In this document: one piece after another, positions 12,660-25,889 of the stretch
How positions within the stretch are numbered: the stretch's first letter is position 1
Layout: each line of letters begins with the position of its first letter
Source of the DNA: Lytechinus pictus
Taxonomy: Eukaryota
DNA: 64,000 nt
Assembly (NCBI RefSeq): GCF_037042905.1
Contig: NC_087253.1
Span: forward strand, 11,966,001 to 12,030,000
Reading direction: 5' to 3'
Position numbers and translations under genes: made by a program
The notes under the pieces: model-generated
What the model was told of the DNA's origin: nothing
Databases searched by the model: none
The model's input: only the letters and a program-made list of their open reading frames with translations

Positions 12660-13420
12660 TCATCAGAACAAAAGGAAGAGAGAGAGAGAAAGAGATGGAG
12701 AGAGATCAGTGGAATATTCTTATTCGAATCTCTTTGTTTTTTCACATAATTCAGGATGACTTTATAATCTGCATTTCTTCCCAATAATGTTGCTAGATCT
12801 GATATTGGCTTGTTTAATTTCAGGCTTCTTTGCATAATTCTTCTTTCTCTTTCATATTTCTTACATTGTAGTAAAAAATGTTCTATTGTCTCAGGAACCT
12901 GACAATGGGAACATAGACCATTTTCATGTTGATTACATTTATACAGATAATAATTCAATTTACATTTTCCGAGTCTTAAACGGTGTATCATAGTCTCTTC
13001 AAACCGAATGAGACCTTGATAACTAATTGTATCTGCCACGTTGGGTTGGATGCTAAATAAATGTCTTCCTTTAGATGAGGTTACCCATTGAGCCTGCCAG
13101 ATTTCTTTATAAATCAAAGACATGTGGGTTTTCCATTCCTCTTTGATATATGGAATGTTTAATTCAACTTGTTCTTTTGATGCTCCTTTTTTTTGCTAAA
13201 AGGTCTGCCACATCGTTCCCGTGAATACCACAATGGGATGGTATCCATTCAAAATTGACATAAATATCTGATGATTGTAAAACTTTGATTTTATACAAGA
13301 TATCGACAATAAGATTGTTTTGTATACGATTGCTTTCAAGTGCTTGAAGAGCAGACAACGAATCTGTAAAAATTACAACGGACATACCTCTGTTATCTCC
13401 TAGCCAATCAAGTGCCATTA
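12660..13420 (-). mobile_element. 5'-truncated I/Nimb-clade non-LTR retrotransposon fragment (RNase H plus C-terminal CCHC knuckle)
   Basis: VIFTDSLSALQAL...FEWIPSHCGIHGNDVADLLAK (RNase H), then after a frameshift HRLRLG...CSHCQVPETIEHFLLQC. Confidence 0.88.
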
Positions 13421-13920
13421 TATTACCATTGCTGTTAATTCGGCTCTCATTATACTTACAGAATTTAATTGGGCCAAAGCATATTAACCTTAATTGTTTT
13501 CCCCCTTATATTATGACGAGGGCCTACCAAGGAAACTCCGAGGGGGTACCCCGATAAAGCTGTTCGTTAATTAGACATTATTCAATTTATGCACGACTGC
13601 ATGATTACCCTATCACCCTATCCTGCACTATAGATGATAATCACATGCGTGATGAGCCAAATATTTTGAATTATGTTTGAAAATTATGCAAGTGAACAAA
13701 ACCTAGGCCTTTTAAAATCCACAAGTGTAATTTTGCGATAGATTTTGACATAATATTCAGAAAATAGTATCATATTTCACTAATTTACCTTTCCTTTTCG
13801 GCTTCGTTCCCCCCCCCCCCCCTTTCCCCCATCTATTATACTCCAGTGATGAAAATCCCTATGTAGCTGACATAGCACCTTAAAGTAAAATGCTACAGTC
13901 GTTCGAAAATTCATGCTTAA

Positions 13921-14749
13921 AGAAAAGTCCACCCTAATAAAAAATTTACTTAAAAGAGAGAATTCCAACAAGCATGACACTGAAAATTTCAACAAAATCG
14001 GATGTAAGATAAGAAAGTTATGCTTTTAAAGTTTTGCTTAATCTAAGAAAAAATCCTGTTCTCCTGTTCGGTATGCGAAAGGGGGAACTGATGACATCAT
14101 CAACTCACTGTTTCAATTTTCTCCTCCTTGACAGGGGCGGATCCAGGATTTTCCAAAAGGGGGGCCAATTTTTCGGAGGAAAATTTTGACAAGCAAAAAA
14201 AAAAAATTTTAAACCACAAATTAAGGATATTTCCTACCCGAAGATTTTAGACAAGCAAAAAAAATAAGAAAAAAGGCTTCAATTTCAAAAGACGGGGCAC
14301 ACCTCTGTTTTAATGGCATTTTTACATTACAAATGTTAATTTTGCTTCTCAAAAGGAGGGGGCATGTGCCCGCTGTGCCCCCCCCCCCCCTGGATCCGCC
14401 AGTGTTCTTTGAACATGTGGTATTACCATTGTTTCGGGCATTGTTTTGATGTTTGGTGGTTCAGCAAAGTTGGTCATTAATTCTTGTCCAAGTAAAAATT
14501 TAAATATTGTATATTTCAAACAATAAAAAAAAAAAAAGAAACAGCTAGTGAGTGAGGCACGTCATCGACTCTCTCATTTGCAGAACATAAGTTGTGCATA
14601 ATCGTACTTGTTTTGTGGATAAGTGAATTAAAAAAAAAAGTCATAACTTTGTTATTTTACATCCGATTTTGATGAATTTGTTAGTGTTATGCTTGTTTGA
14701 TCTTTCTCTATTGATTCAAATCAGCATTTTTCTGGACTGGACTTGACCT
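13921..14749. mobile_element. Kolobok-like element (same family as 2960-3562) with a nested hAT-like MITE at ~14132-14404
   Basis: TTAA flanks; shared AAAATCGGATGTAA...AAGAAAGTTATG arms; nested TIR CAGGGGCGGATCCAGG/CCTGGATCCGCCAGTG. Confidence 0.75.
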
Positions 14750-15035
14750 TTAACTTTACGAACAAAACACGCACCATTCGGTATAGTTTCACAGAAGAAT
14801 TAGGAGTTTATAAATGTGTCAAAATGTGTTTGGTTCTTGTCTAAAGATAATCATAGTAAAATATCTTAAACGATTTCATATTTTGGGGTATGCCTAATGG
14901 CTATATACTGTTATCTAACCCGAGTTTGTACAACCCAGAGTATGCTATTTTATCATAAATCATATATATATATATATATATGTATATACATACATATATA
15001 CAGACATTATGCTTGTATAGTGATTTGCTTGCCAT

Positions 15036-15320
15036 ATTTGCTTACCATACCTAAAATTCGTACAAAAACAGGTGATCGCACATTTAGTGTTACTGCTTCT
15101 AAAGAATGGAACAACATCCCCACTTTCATTAAATCATCAAATTCTTCAGATCAATTAAAGAAACTTCTAAAAACATATCTCTTTTCCGATTTATTTCTTT
15201 TGCGTGTATTTGTATTGTAATTATTATGTACTATTGTTTTAAATCGTTTGTAAACGCTGTGATATAGTTAACTATGGATAGCGTACTAAATGCTAGTTAT
15301 TATTATTATTATTATTATAG
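15036..15320 (+). mobile_element. 3' end fragment of an L2/CR1-group LINE
   Basis: LLTIPKIRTKTGDRTFSVTASKEWNNIPTFIKSSNSSDQLKKLLKTYLF, the typical ORF2 C-terminus, followed by an (ATT)n tail. Confidence 0.8.
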
Positions 15321-15352
15321 TGATCGGAAAACAAGTGATCGAATTAAGCTAG

Positions 15353-16335
15353 CCCTTACAAAAAATTCCTGTAGTACTCTGTGATATGTACTGCAGGAAG
15401 TATCGCAGGAAAGTACTGCAGGAATTACGTGCACGTAATTTGGGACGGTACTACAGAAATGTACAACAGGAGTACAACAGGTCCGTGTCCTGTGATACTT
15501 CCTGTGGTAATAACCGCATAAGTATGGCAGGAAGTATGACAGGACACGATCACCACAACCGCTACAACCGCTACAACCACTACCACACTACTATTAGTAC
15601 TACAGGACAGTATCACAGGATAGTATCACAGGATAGTATCACATGATAGTATGACAGGACAGTATGACAGGATAGTATGACAGGACAGTATGACAGGACA
15701 GTACTACAGGAATACCGCAGACCAGTATCACAGGGAAGTACTACAGAACAGTATCGCAGGACAGTACTACAGGAGTACCGCAGGCTTCTGGTACTGTGTC
15801 CTGTAGTACTGTCCTGTGATACTGGTCTGGTATTCCTGTAGTACTGTCCTGTGATACTGGTCTGGTATTCCTGTAGTACTGTCCTGTGATACTGGTCTGG
15901 TATTCCTGTAGTACTGTCCTGTGATACTGGTCTGGTATTCCTGTAGTACTGTCCTGTGATACTATCCTGTGGTGATAAATAGTATCACAGGACAGTATGA
16001 CAGGACAGTACTTTAGGAATTCCGCAGACCAGTATCACAGGAAAGTACTACAGAACAGTACTGCAGGAATACCAAGAGACCTTACCGCAGGACAATTCCT
16101 GCAGTACTGTCCTGTGGTATTCCTGTGATACTGATCTTTGATATCTTCTGTGGCATTATTGGTCTCATCCTGCAGCCTTCTTGTGATACTTTACTGTGGT
16201 AATCCTGCAGGGGTATTCTTGTTGATTTCCTGTGACAATCCTATGGTATTGTCCTGTAGTAGTCTGTGCGATTTTCTCACGACACCGTCCTGCACTGGTT
16301 TGTTAGGCGTAGTAGTTTGTAAGAATTTCCTGTGA
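15353..16335. repeat. Left subterminal repeat array of the large element (13-bp and 35-bp tandem units, both orientations)
   Basis: CAGTATGACAGGA-type 13-mers at ~15590-15720; CTGTAGTACTGTCCTGTGATACTGGTCTGGTATTC repeated with a 35-bp period at 15801, 15836, 15871, 15906 and 15941 (partial). Confidence 0.9.
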
Positions 16336-18252
16336 TCCAGCACAACAACTTTGACATCTTGACTAATGAAAAGAGGCATGAAAAAACCCACAAATTTGCA
16401 AAGACGTTAAAAGCATATTCACATACCTTTATTATGTATGAGCTGTACTATGCACAGTATAGAACATCTTTGATATCATAAATGACTGCTAGAATAATGC
16501 AGTAACATTTCATCTTTAGGATAAGACATGTACAAAGATTTATATCCATGAACATTGAGATGCCACATGAACTACTTTCACTATTCATACATTGCTGCCA
16601 TTTTGAGATCACATAAAGAAAGCTAGATTCGACCCAGAATCCTTCCCTCTAACACAACAATAAGCGATTATTATTAATACCTTGGTCACATTCCTTGACC
16701 GGTTGCCTTACGGCGAGACAAAATCAGCAGTTTTAGGTATTCCTGTACAAACCACCCACGTGTAGCTGGTAGTAGCTGGTACAAGGATGATTAAGACTGT
16801 TAATTTTGACTCGACGTAAGGCCACGAGCCGGCGAATGTAACCAAGGCTTAACCAGTATTATGGTTGCAAAAAAAACTGTAATAGCTGAGCAATTGCATT
16901 TTCCCCTTCTTGTCAACACCCGATTGGCTTAATACTAAAAGCAGAACATCCTTTACTCAACCATGTTATGAAACAATGGATAACCACTTCTGCATGTACA
17001 GATAATGCATGGTGCACATACAGTAAGGGATGAAATTATGATGTGTTGATCACCAGTATAAACTTAAAGTACATGAACGTAATCATAATCACTTCATTTT
17101 GCTCAGAATTCACTTAAGTCCATAAATACTGAAAGATATTTTTGAATGAATTTCACATGATTTAGAACGTTCACCATAGGTTAGAAAAAATATGAACATA
17201 AGATTACTTTGCCAAAACGTAGATCAAATCTATTGAGACATTAACCTTTTTGACATTGAATAGGCATATCATTTTACACAGTCCTCTTGTCTAAGAATTG
17301 CTCCAACTACGTATTGAAGGGTTATATATGAATGTAAGCATGAGCCCATCATAAACACGAAATTGCGGCATGTAATTTGATTTGCTACATGTCATAATTG
17401 ATAACTAAATGACGTTCAATACTTGATGTTGCTACATAAAATAATTAAGGTCATGTGGCAATGTGAATTCATACCTACTCGAGTCATTTAGTAATTTCAA
17501 TTAGTATATGACCTAATTAATTATGACATATAGCTCAAAATTGACTTGAATAATTATGACCAATTTGATTGACCTCAATTATTTGAAGTAGCAACATCAA
17601 TTATTTAACATAAGCACTCTCAATCGAGGTGGAGTAACTCTTCTTTAGGTCATGTTACTATTCGAATTGGAACATGTCATTGTTTAGGTCATGCAGCAAT
17701 TCAAATTACTTGCTCAAGTAAACAATTACAATTGTAATATCACGCAAAATGAATTAGCTGTACATGACATAATTCTGTTCTTTGATGGGCTTATGCTTCC
17801 ATATATTAAGTAAATGGCTTTAATTCTTAATGATTATCCAAAAATTCATATACATAAAATAAACCAATATGAAGAGCATCATATCCAAAGTGATCACCAG
17901 TTCACCCAATGTTACAGTACAAAAATAAAAAGCTGATTTTCTTATGTACTTTCACACATGTTATACATGTGCACTGTATGTCACTTGACCCTGGCAGACA
18001 ATAGAATTGACAAGCAGTGAGTCCTACATGTACATGTAGCTGCCTGGTTTGCATACTTTAATGTTATATGAATTTCAATCATGGCCATGTGCTGTTTATA
18101 CACTAAATGGAGGGATCTTGTCATAATGTTATGTCAATTAAAAACTGAATAAAATCCCAATTATCCTGAATAGCTAGACTAGCCCCCTTGCAATGGACAT
18201 TGTAATCTTGTTTTCTTTTACCTTTCATTATTTTTGAAAATTTTCATACAAC

Positions 18253-19179
18253 TAGGGCTGGGACTAAAACCCGGGTACCCGAGTAGAAAAATCAATACCC
18301 GATACCCGAAAATTGCTCACCAGTATAATGTACATGTATTTGATTTGTATTGCGTAGTGTAAGACATGATTGTAACTCATTACAAAAGTACACAAGCCTC
18401 ATTTTGAATTTCACCAATTACCCTCTAAATATCCATAAATATACAAGTTTTCAAGTGATGATGATGTGACCGAGATCGTTCAATCATCGCCATGTTTCTT
18501 TTGCAGCGCAGTGACGTCATCCAGCCACTGCGACGCAAACCAATTTATGAATGAAAATATAGTAAGCATGCGCATTGCAAGCCTCAGCCCCACGCAGTAT
18601 TACGTCAAAACAAGTCTGCAATACTCTGTCACCTCATACCAAAATCGACCTACGAAGCACCAGCCAATCACGTTCTTGTTACCATTTTTAGTTCATCATA
18701 AACCGAAAATGGGAACACGATCGTGATTGGCTGGCGCATTTGACGCTCCGAAACCCGGAAATCAATTGACTTTGTTCACGTAGCGATACAAACTCACGAA
18801 CACGATGTAATATCGATGCTACTTCGTAAGATTTTGACGGAAAAGCAAGAATAACAATTTGCTTACCTGTGCAGTATCGGTGAGAAAACCTTTTATAATT
18901 CATATGATATATAGGAAAGTGGAATTCTAGGTCGATTTTGGTACGAGGTGACAGAGTATTGAAACTTGTTTCGATGGAATACTGCGTGGGGCACGGGAGG
19001 CTTGCAATGCGCATGCTTACTATATTTTCATTCATAAATTGGCTTGCATCGCATTGGCTTGATGACGTCACCTATGGGGTTTTTCCACCAGTCATATTTC
19101 AAGTGACATGATTTTCAGGTACCCACCCGAAAATTACCACGGGTACCCGAAGAGAAAAAACCCGAAAGTCCCAGGCCTA
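18253..19179. mobile_element. hAT-type element nested in the large element, itself containing a foldback (18511-19071)
   Basis: TIR TAGGGCTGGGACT...AGTCCCAGGCCTA; 8-bp TSD CATACAAC (18245-18252 / 19180-19187); inner ~140-bp inverted arms starting GTGACGTCATC. Confidence 0.88.
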
Positions 19180-20635
19180 CATACAACTCTTTGTTTTTTT
19201 TTATACTTTATCAAAGCTTTTATGATTGTAAATGTAATTAAATAATTTGACTTGATAAATGTATATTACTGGTATACTAATTGTGAATTTTTAGCAAGAA
19301 ACAGTATTTGTGTTGGATTAATACATAAAAATGTTGCGAAATTTCGGAACAGCGTACCCAGGCATCACAAATTTGGTCTCAAAAGATGTGCAAGACTTGA
19401 AAGTAAAAAGGCAGCTAACAGCCTCCCAGTTATTAACCCTTAGTTAAATTGGACCAATTTGACCCCCCCCCTTCCAAAAATTTGGCGACCATGCTGTCGC
19501 ACAATTTTTTTAAAACATGCCTCTTTCTAGTCTTGTGCATCTTTTGAGACCAATCTTGTGTCACCCGGTACGTGGTTCTGTAATAACGTGACATTATGTA
19601 AGTACATGTCATACCAAAAATTGCTCAAAAACGTGATTTTGTGTACAAAGTCAATGCAATAGAGGAAAAAGTATGATTTTGTATTCTAATTACGCATAAA
19701 TTAGTATTATCACTTACTAACAATTTGCGTGAAATAATTTACAATTTAATTTTGTAAATTATGCCCTAGACAACCCATGTGCCAATGTTAGACGCGATTG
19801 TGCGGTCAAGATCTCAAGGAAGGGGGGGGGGCCCTGGAAACCCCCCCTCCCCCCTTCCCCGGCCATATCAACTCCCAAAATACCCTGGCTTTAGTTGACT
19901 TTCTGGCTCCTCTTGAGTAGTCACCATTCATTGGACAGCTTGTTTTTATCCAAGTCTGTATAGCACGAGGCAGCTTAATCTGTAGAAAAAAAAACACATA
20001 CCATTACGATAACATGAACAACATAAAAATACAAGAAATAAGGTGTTTTGCCCCCATCTAGATCTCTTTTCACAAGTACATATCTATCGGATAATGAGGT
20101 CCTTGCGGCTATCTCTCTTAGCATATTCTTGCTTATAAAAGCAAACTAAGCCGAAGAGTGACAAACAATTTATAATGCAAACAAATTGTCATAAGCACAT
20201 ATTGAAACTCTTTAATAAAACAATGAAGAATAAATCTACATCTTCTAACAAGGATTACACTGTATGCCACTGCATGAATACAATCTGCTTAATTTTGTAA
20301 TTATAATATCTACTGAAGTGAATGCCTATATAATCACCTTTTATGAACTCCAACCGTGTCTTGTACAAGAACATGGCCTTTTCTGTGTACACCTGTAGTA
20401 TCTTTCCCACATAATGCTGGACTTGCTGCTCGATCATCCAGAGATCCCTCTTTGAATCTTTAATGAAATGAAATGAATTTGAGTGACATAGTAAAATTTT
20501 ATTTGCAGGTTAATACAAATACATGATGTAATAAAAATACATGATAAAACTTCTTCATTTCCATATTTCAGTGTTACAATTCAGGTGCAAAGAGTCATAT
20601 TCTTTAATAATATTCAACATAAAATCAATGAAAAC

Positions 20636-21610
20636 TAGTGCTGTTGTCGATAGGCCTCATATCGACATTGATGTCGACATACGAAGGATTTTCAAAATTC
20701 CGACATGTCGACATGCACGCACCCACATCGACATGTAAACATAAAATAAAAAGGGGTCTAGCCTACAATCACGAGTGTAAAGATTAGCTGAAAAGTTAGA
20801 AGCATTTATCCACAGTAATTGGCGCGATTAAAAGGTTTATTCAGCTTAGCAGCGCATTAAATGAAAAAAGAATATCTGCGAGCTGTGCGGCAGTAGAAAT
20901 ACGTCAGTGCAGGGCCGGCCTGCCCGATCGAGCCGCCCTCGATATCCCGTTATAGCGAGAGTAGCATTCACCGTACCCATCCACGGAAATATGTACCCAT
21001 CGCGCGCTATTCACCGTGCTTGATAATACGTTGCTCCTCAATGCATTACTTTTCACATAAACGTGAGCAGCAGCGAACACGTGTTTTTGTCAAAGTTGTG
21101 ACTGCCGCAATTGAGCGCTTACTTCATATCACGAAGTCACAGAAAACTTCCCTTCATTCGTTTGGAGATCGCCGCGGAAGTGATACTGAAATTATCGGTC
21201 GATTTTCATTACTTTTCATTGTCAAATTGAGGAGCTTGCGTTTGCAGCAATGATCACTGTTGTAATTGGTGATTCTCAAATTGGCTACGAGTGTTATTGA
21301 GCAATGCTTTCGAAACCGGATCCTGGTACAAAAACTTGATTCTCCAGAAAAAAAATGTGGATTAAATCGGTGATTTTGGAAGCTCAATTCCCGAACTGAG
21401 CCTGTATTATATAGATCTAGTGTGGGGATATCACTCGTGTCAAGGTGAATATATTTGATTGAGAGTGTTGTTCCACGATCGAATGCTTTTTTTTTATGTT
21501 AGGGAGCCCAGGCTAAATTACGGTCCCTTTTTCATGTCGACATTGTCGATGTCGGGATTAATTTTTAAGCGACATGTCGACATGGATTTTTGTTCCCGAC
21601 AACAGCACTA
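20636..21610. mobile_element. hAT-type element nested in the large element
   Basis: TIR TAGTGCTGTTGTCG...CGACAACAGCACTA; 8-bp TSD ATGAAAAC; subterminal CGACATGTCG repeats. Confidence 0.9.
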
Positions 21611-22074
21611 ATGAAAACATTAAAAGTAGAGGAGCATTTTAACCTTACTCACAGTCTGTTATTGTCGCTAAAGTCTTTACAATAAGAAGATTGGGCACTT
21701 TGCCGACATCGCGTAATGCTTTGCATCGATTTACATGTATAATAGTCTTTGTGCCTAGTCTTTTCTATGTAGTGTCTTTAATATGTAGATAAAACATGCG
21801 TCCTTTAGCTAGTTAGACGAACAATTTTGGAAATTAAAGACGGATCCATATTTTATCAACCGGAAGAGAAATTAGTGCTTAAATGAAGCTATTTGAGGGA
21901 TATTGATGATATTTAGGGTGAATTGACTTCACATCTTTTCGTAAGTTTGTCATGTTCATAGAAGGCCGGACTTGATTTTATAGAAACCTCTTTTAAATTT
22001 GTGGGATTGCCTACCTCGAGTGAAGTTTGTGCAGGCTCCACTCCACTTCACTATTGCTACACTACGCTCCACCT

Positions 22075-22619
22075 ACCCAAACTTTGAGACCGTGAACTGG
22101 ATCTGTCGATCTGATATTCCGAGTGACAAAAAGTGGGATCTTATGGGGGGGGGGATATCAAATTCATGCAACATCACGCTCTTTAAAAAAATTAAAACTA
22201 ATATTCTTCCTGCACACAAAGTTTCAGTTCTTCTCCATGCCTCTATCCGTCTCAAAATTGATGATTTAGAGCCAACATGAAGTTTCTCACACGTATCAAT
22301 ATTCAATACATCGCATGCGTGTGAGGTCGGTCGGGTCAGACCAGGCCCGGTATCTCGCGAATATTGCATCCGCATGCAATGTTTTGAAATCGGCAGCGAA
22401 TTATAAATATGTGTGAGGAACTTCATGTTGGCTCTAAATCACCAATTTTGAGACTGATAAAAGCGTGGAACTAAATGAAACTTTGTGTAAAGTAAGAATA
22501 TTAGTTTTAATTCTTTTTAAAAATCAAGATGTTGCATGAATTTTATATTCCCCACCCCCATAAAATCCCACCTCTGTCACTCGGAATATCAGATCGAGTT
22601 CATGGTCTCGAAGTTCGCG
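22075..22619. mobile_element. Foldback (long inverted repeat) element
   Basis: ~210-bp inverted arms (AACTTTGAGACCGTGAAC...GTTCATGGTCTCGAAGTT; GATTTAGAGCCAACATGAAGTT / AACTTCATGTTGGCTCTAAATC). Confidence 0.8.
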
Positions 22620-25600
22620 TCTGTAACGTTGGCGAAGAACAATAGAAAACAAGATGGCGGCGTAAACATCGGGCAAGTCTCTTCCGTCTAATCATGATAT
22701 TTTTCGCATTTTTTGGAATGAATTTCTTCTTCAAAAATAACGACGAGAGCGTAGAAATGTTGGAAATTAAGTTTTATCCCATGTACATGATTTAGGTCTA
22801 ACGTTAGGCTAGATCTTTTAGAAGGAAAGTAGAAATCTCGGGGCCGGGGGTGAAAGTTTCAAGTTTTGGCTTCCTCTGTGTGGGTATATGAGAAAGGATC
22901 CCTGGCTTCATATGAGAGTGACCTTACGAAGTTACGTTAGTAAATGATTTTCACTCTCTAGAAGCCGCCTGGCTAGGCCTACAGCCATTCCCGATCACGA
23001 TATTTTGAAAAGTGGTGGATATATTGACTTCAAATGTGACTGAGAGACTTGTCATGACATTTGGGAACAAATATTGGTGATGAGGTATGCTGGTATTAAT
23101 CGGCCGGTGCGAAACTGCATTAGCGCCCACCCCTGACCTTGCTACAATCATGACAATACAAACATCCTCACCGCCGCCATCAATATACTACTAACTTAGC
23201 CAGCCGTTGGCCGTCCCCGGCCGCGCACACCGCAGATCAGCCCCCACCCGATAAGCGATCGGGAACAACGGCAGTGCAGTGGCCGTACGGTAATGATTAA
23301 AAAGTCGAAGAAATTTAAGTGCATGCCGCGCCAAACTACGAAAAATGGATCTAACTTACTGTTTAGCCTGTTGTGTGAATGTCTTAAGAAGTCGTTGTCC
23401 GAATCTGATCCATATTCTGTTAGTTTTTGTTGAAATATTGACGGCCTTCTTCATCAAGCTTCGGGTTCAGCTGAGCAGTTACGAACGTTTTTTTTCAAAT
23501 GGCGGAACCGGAAACACGTATACGGTACAGTCCGTGCGCGCGTTTGTACGGGGAGCTCGGAGGGGGGGGGGGGGGGGGGGTCTTACTTTTTACTTGGCAA
23601 CCAGACAATTTGACTATTTTCGCCATCATTTATATATCATATTATTAACGTAAAGGAATTGAATAAAGTAAAATTCAAATATTTATTTCTTCTTCCTTTC
23701 TTTTTCTTTTCTATGTCTTTTAATTTTTTTCTTTCTCTTTATTCTTTTTTTTAATATGGATAGGATTTAAAAACATGTCTCACAATTTTACTGAAAATAT
23801 GTTATATAGGCCTACTAGTATGCAAGTAGGATGACAAAGAAAGCAATGAGGAAAATCACAGCTCCAATCCTATGTATTTTTAATTTTATTTCTTTTCAAA
23901 AACACACATTTTATCCTTTCTTGCGATCGAAGGAAAGATCCCTTTATAAGGTTCAAGTAGTAAAAGAAAATAATCTTAGATCAAGTGCCGGCAGGGTATT
24001 TTGATAAGGGGTGGAGGAGCAAGACAAGCAAATATAAAGATACCATTTTGAAGCGAAACATAAGAAAAGATAATAACTTTGCCAACGAGGTAAAAAATAA
24101 TATGATATCGGTTGTGACACTTTAAGGATGGAAAATAGTTTGAAAATATATAGATACAAACTTCATACAAATTAGAAAAAAAGAAGCAAAATAAACTGCC
24201 ATCATATGTGAACAGAGATACAAGATTGTTCTTGCAATTAAAAAACATATTTACAAACTATATATAGCTTCGCATCATAAAAATAGATTGAAAATATCCA
24301 AATTTATTTGATTTAAAAAGAAATAGATATAAACCAGCCTGGCTAACATATTGCAAGGTGGCAAAGATATAAACCGGGGATATAAAGCAAAAAATGGGCC
24401 TTAAAATGGAAATTAAATATCCTATTTTTAGTTTATCCTATTCCACCTGTAAAAAATATTGTGAATAGGAGAACAAATATTGAAGTAATTTTATTTATAA
24501 TAATATATTTGTAAGAAAATAGGTCCTTTTTACAAAAAAAATAAAATAAAAAAATAGATGGGAAACTTGGAAAAATGTATTTTCTCGCAATAAAAACTTT
24601 AAGGGGCCAGAATCGCATTAAAACTTGGTTATGAAACGTGTAAAACAAAATCTTAGATAGCATTTTAACTGAGATTTATTTTTTAATCAACATTCAACGC
24701 TGAACTTTCTTATGTTAATTGTTTATCAATATTTTGTGAAAACAGATAGTGTGCACATCGTCATGAATATTCATTTGGTGGGCTGATGATGTGACATTCC
24801 CATTTTTCTTTTTTAATGTTAGATATGAAATTATGATTATCTATTTTTTCAATACATGTGTAAATAATGTGTCCCCATTGTAAAGTTGCTGCATTAAATA
24901 ACTAATGCGGTTAATTAGTCGTCATTCCAATTGTTTAAGTTCTTGGTAGAAATATGTTGAATAAATCTAATTTCATATATTGTACAAAAGAACATGGGAT
25001 ATGACATCATCAGCCCACCTAATGAATATTCATGAGACATGCCTAAATAAAACTGTTTCATGGGAATATTGCAAATCCTTAAAATTCAACTTAACTTCGT
25101 TATTTGTCATCCGATTTTGAATAAATTTTAAGCATTTTGTTTTGTGAATTTTACTCTATTTATTGATTATCTCTAGCGTTGACCTCCCCTTCAATTATTT
25201 TCTTGTATTGTTAGAAAGAGATGGATGAAGTAGAATAATACGTTCATGCTTATATTTTTATTCATTACAATATCTCTTTGAAATTCAACCCGGCTTCCTC
25301 ACAACCATTAAGCTCTAAGAGTGTTAGGTGTGTCCTGTATATTTCAACACGTACCCTTTTAAATATAGTCATTTTTTTATTATTCATCCTGTTTTTTATG
25401 AAAAATAAGTGGCGAACAAACAAAACAAAAATGATAATTGAAATTTAAAAGAGCGCATGAAAAAGAAATAACCCTGAAAACGAACAATAGTCCTCAAAAT
25501 ATAAGTTGCCCATTTTGGGGTCAATAATTTTTCGCATTTTTCAGTTCGCGCTTTGCTCCTAGTTTTGATCTAGTACGTATAGTACCCTTTCTCGTAGAAA

Positions 25601-25889
25601 TAGAAGCTATCAAACTTAAAACCTCTGAGTCTCAGTAGGCATAACCCCCCCCCCCCTCGCTGATATAGACCTACACAATGGGACAGGGTGAAATATAATT
25701 TTGAAATAGGGCCTATATGTCACAATCTAGCTATCACAAAATTAAATTTTCATATAAAAAATTGTACTTTTTAAAATGAATGGTGCCCTTTTAAGCCATA
25801 TGGCCTTCTAAAAATATAAGACTCAATACGCTACTGACCTCTCCCGAAACTGAAAAAAAAGATAAATCCCTCACTGGAAATAAAAAAAT

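Noticed and set aside
15590-16110. CRISPR-like regular repeats (also 26394-27010 and 36870-37505)
   Set aside because: The units are tandem without unique spacers, there are no cas genes, and the DNA is eukaryotic. They are explained as TE subterminal arrays or minisatellites.
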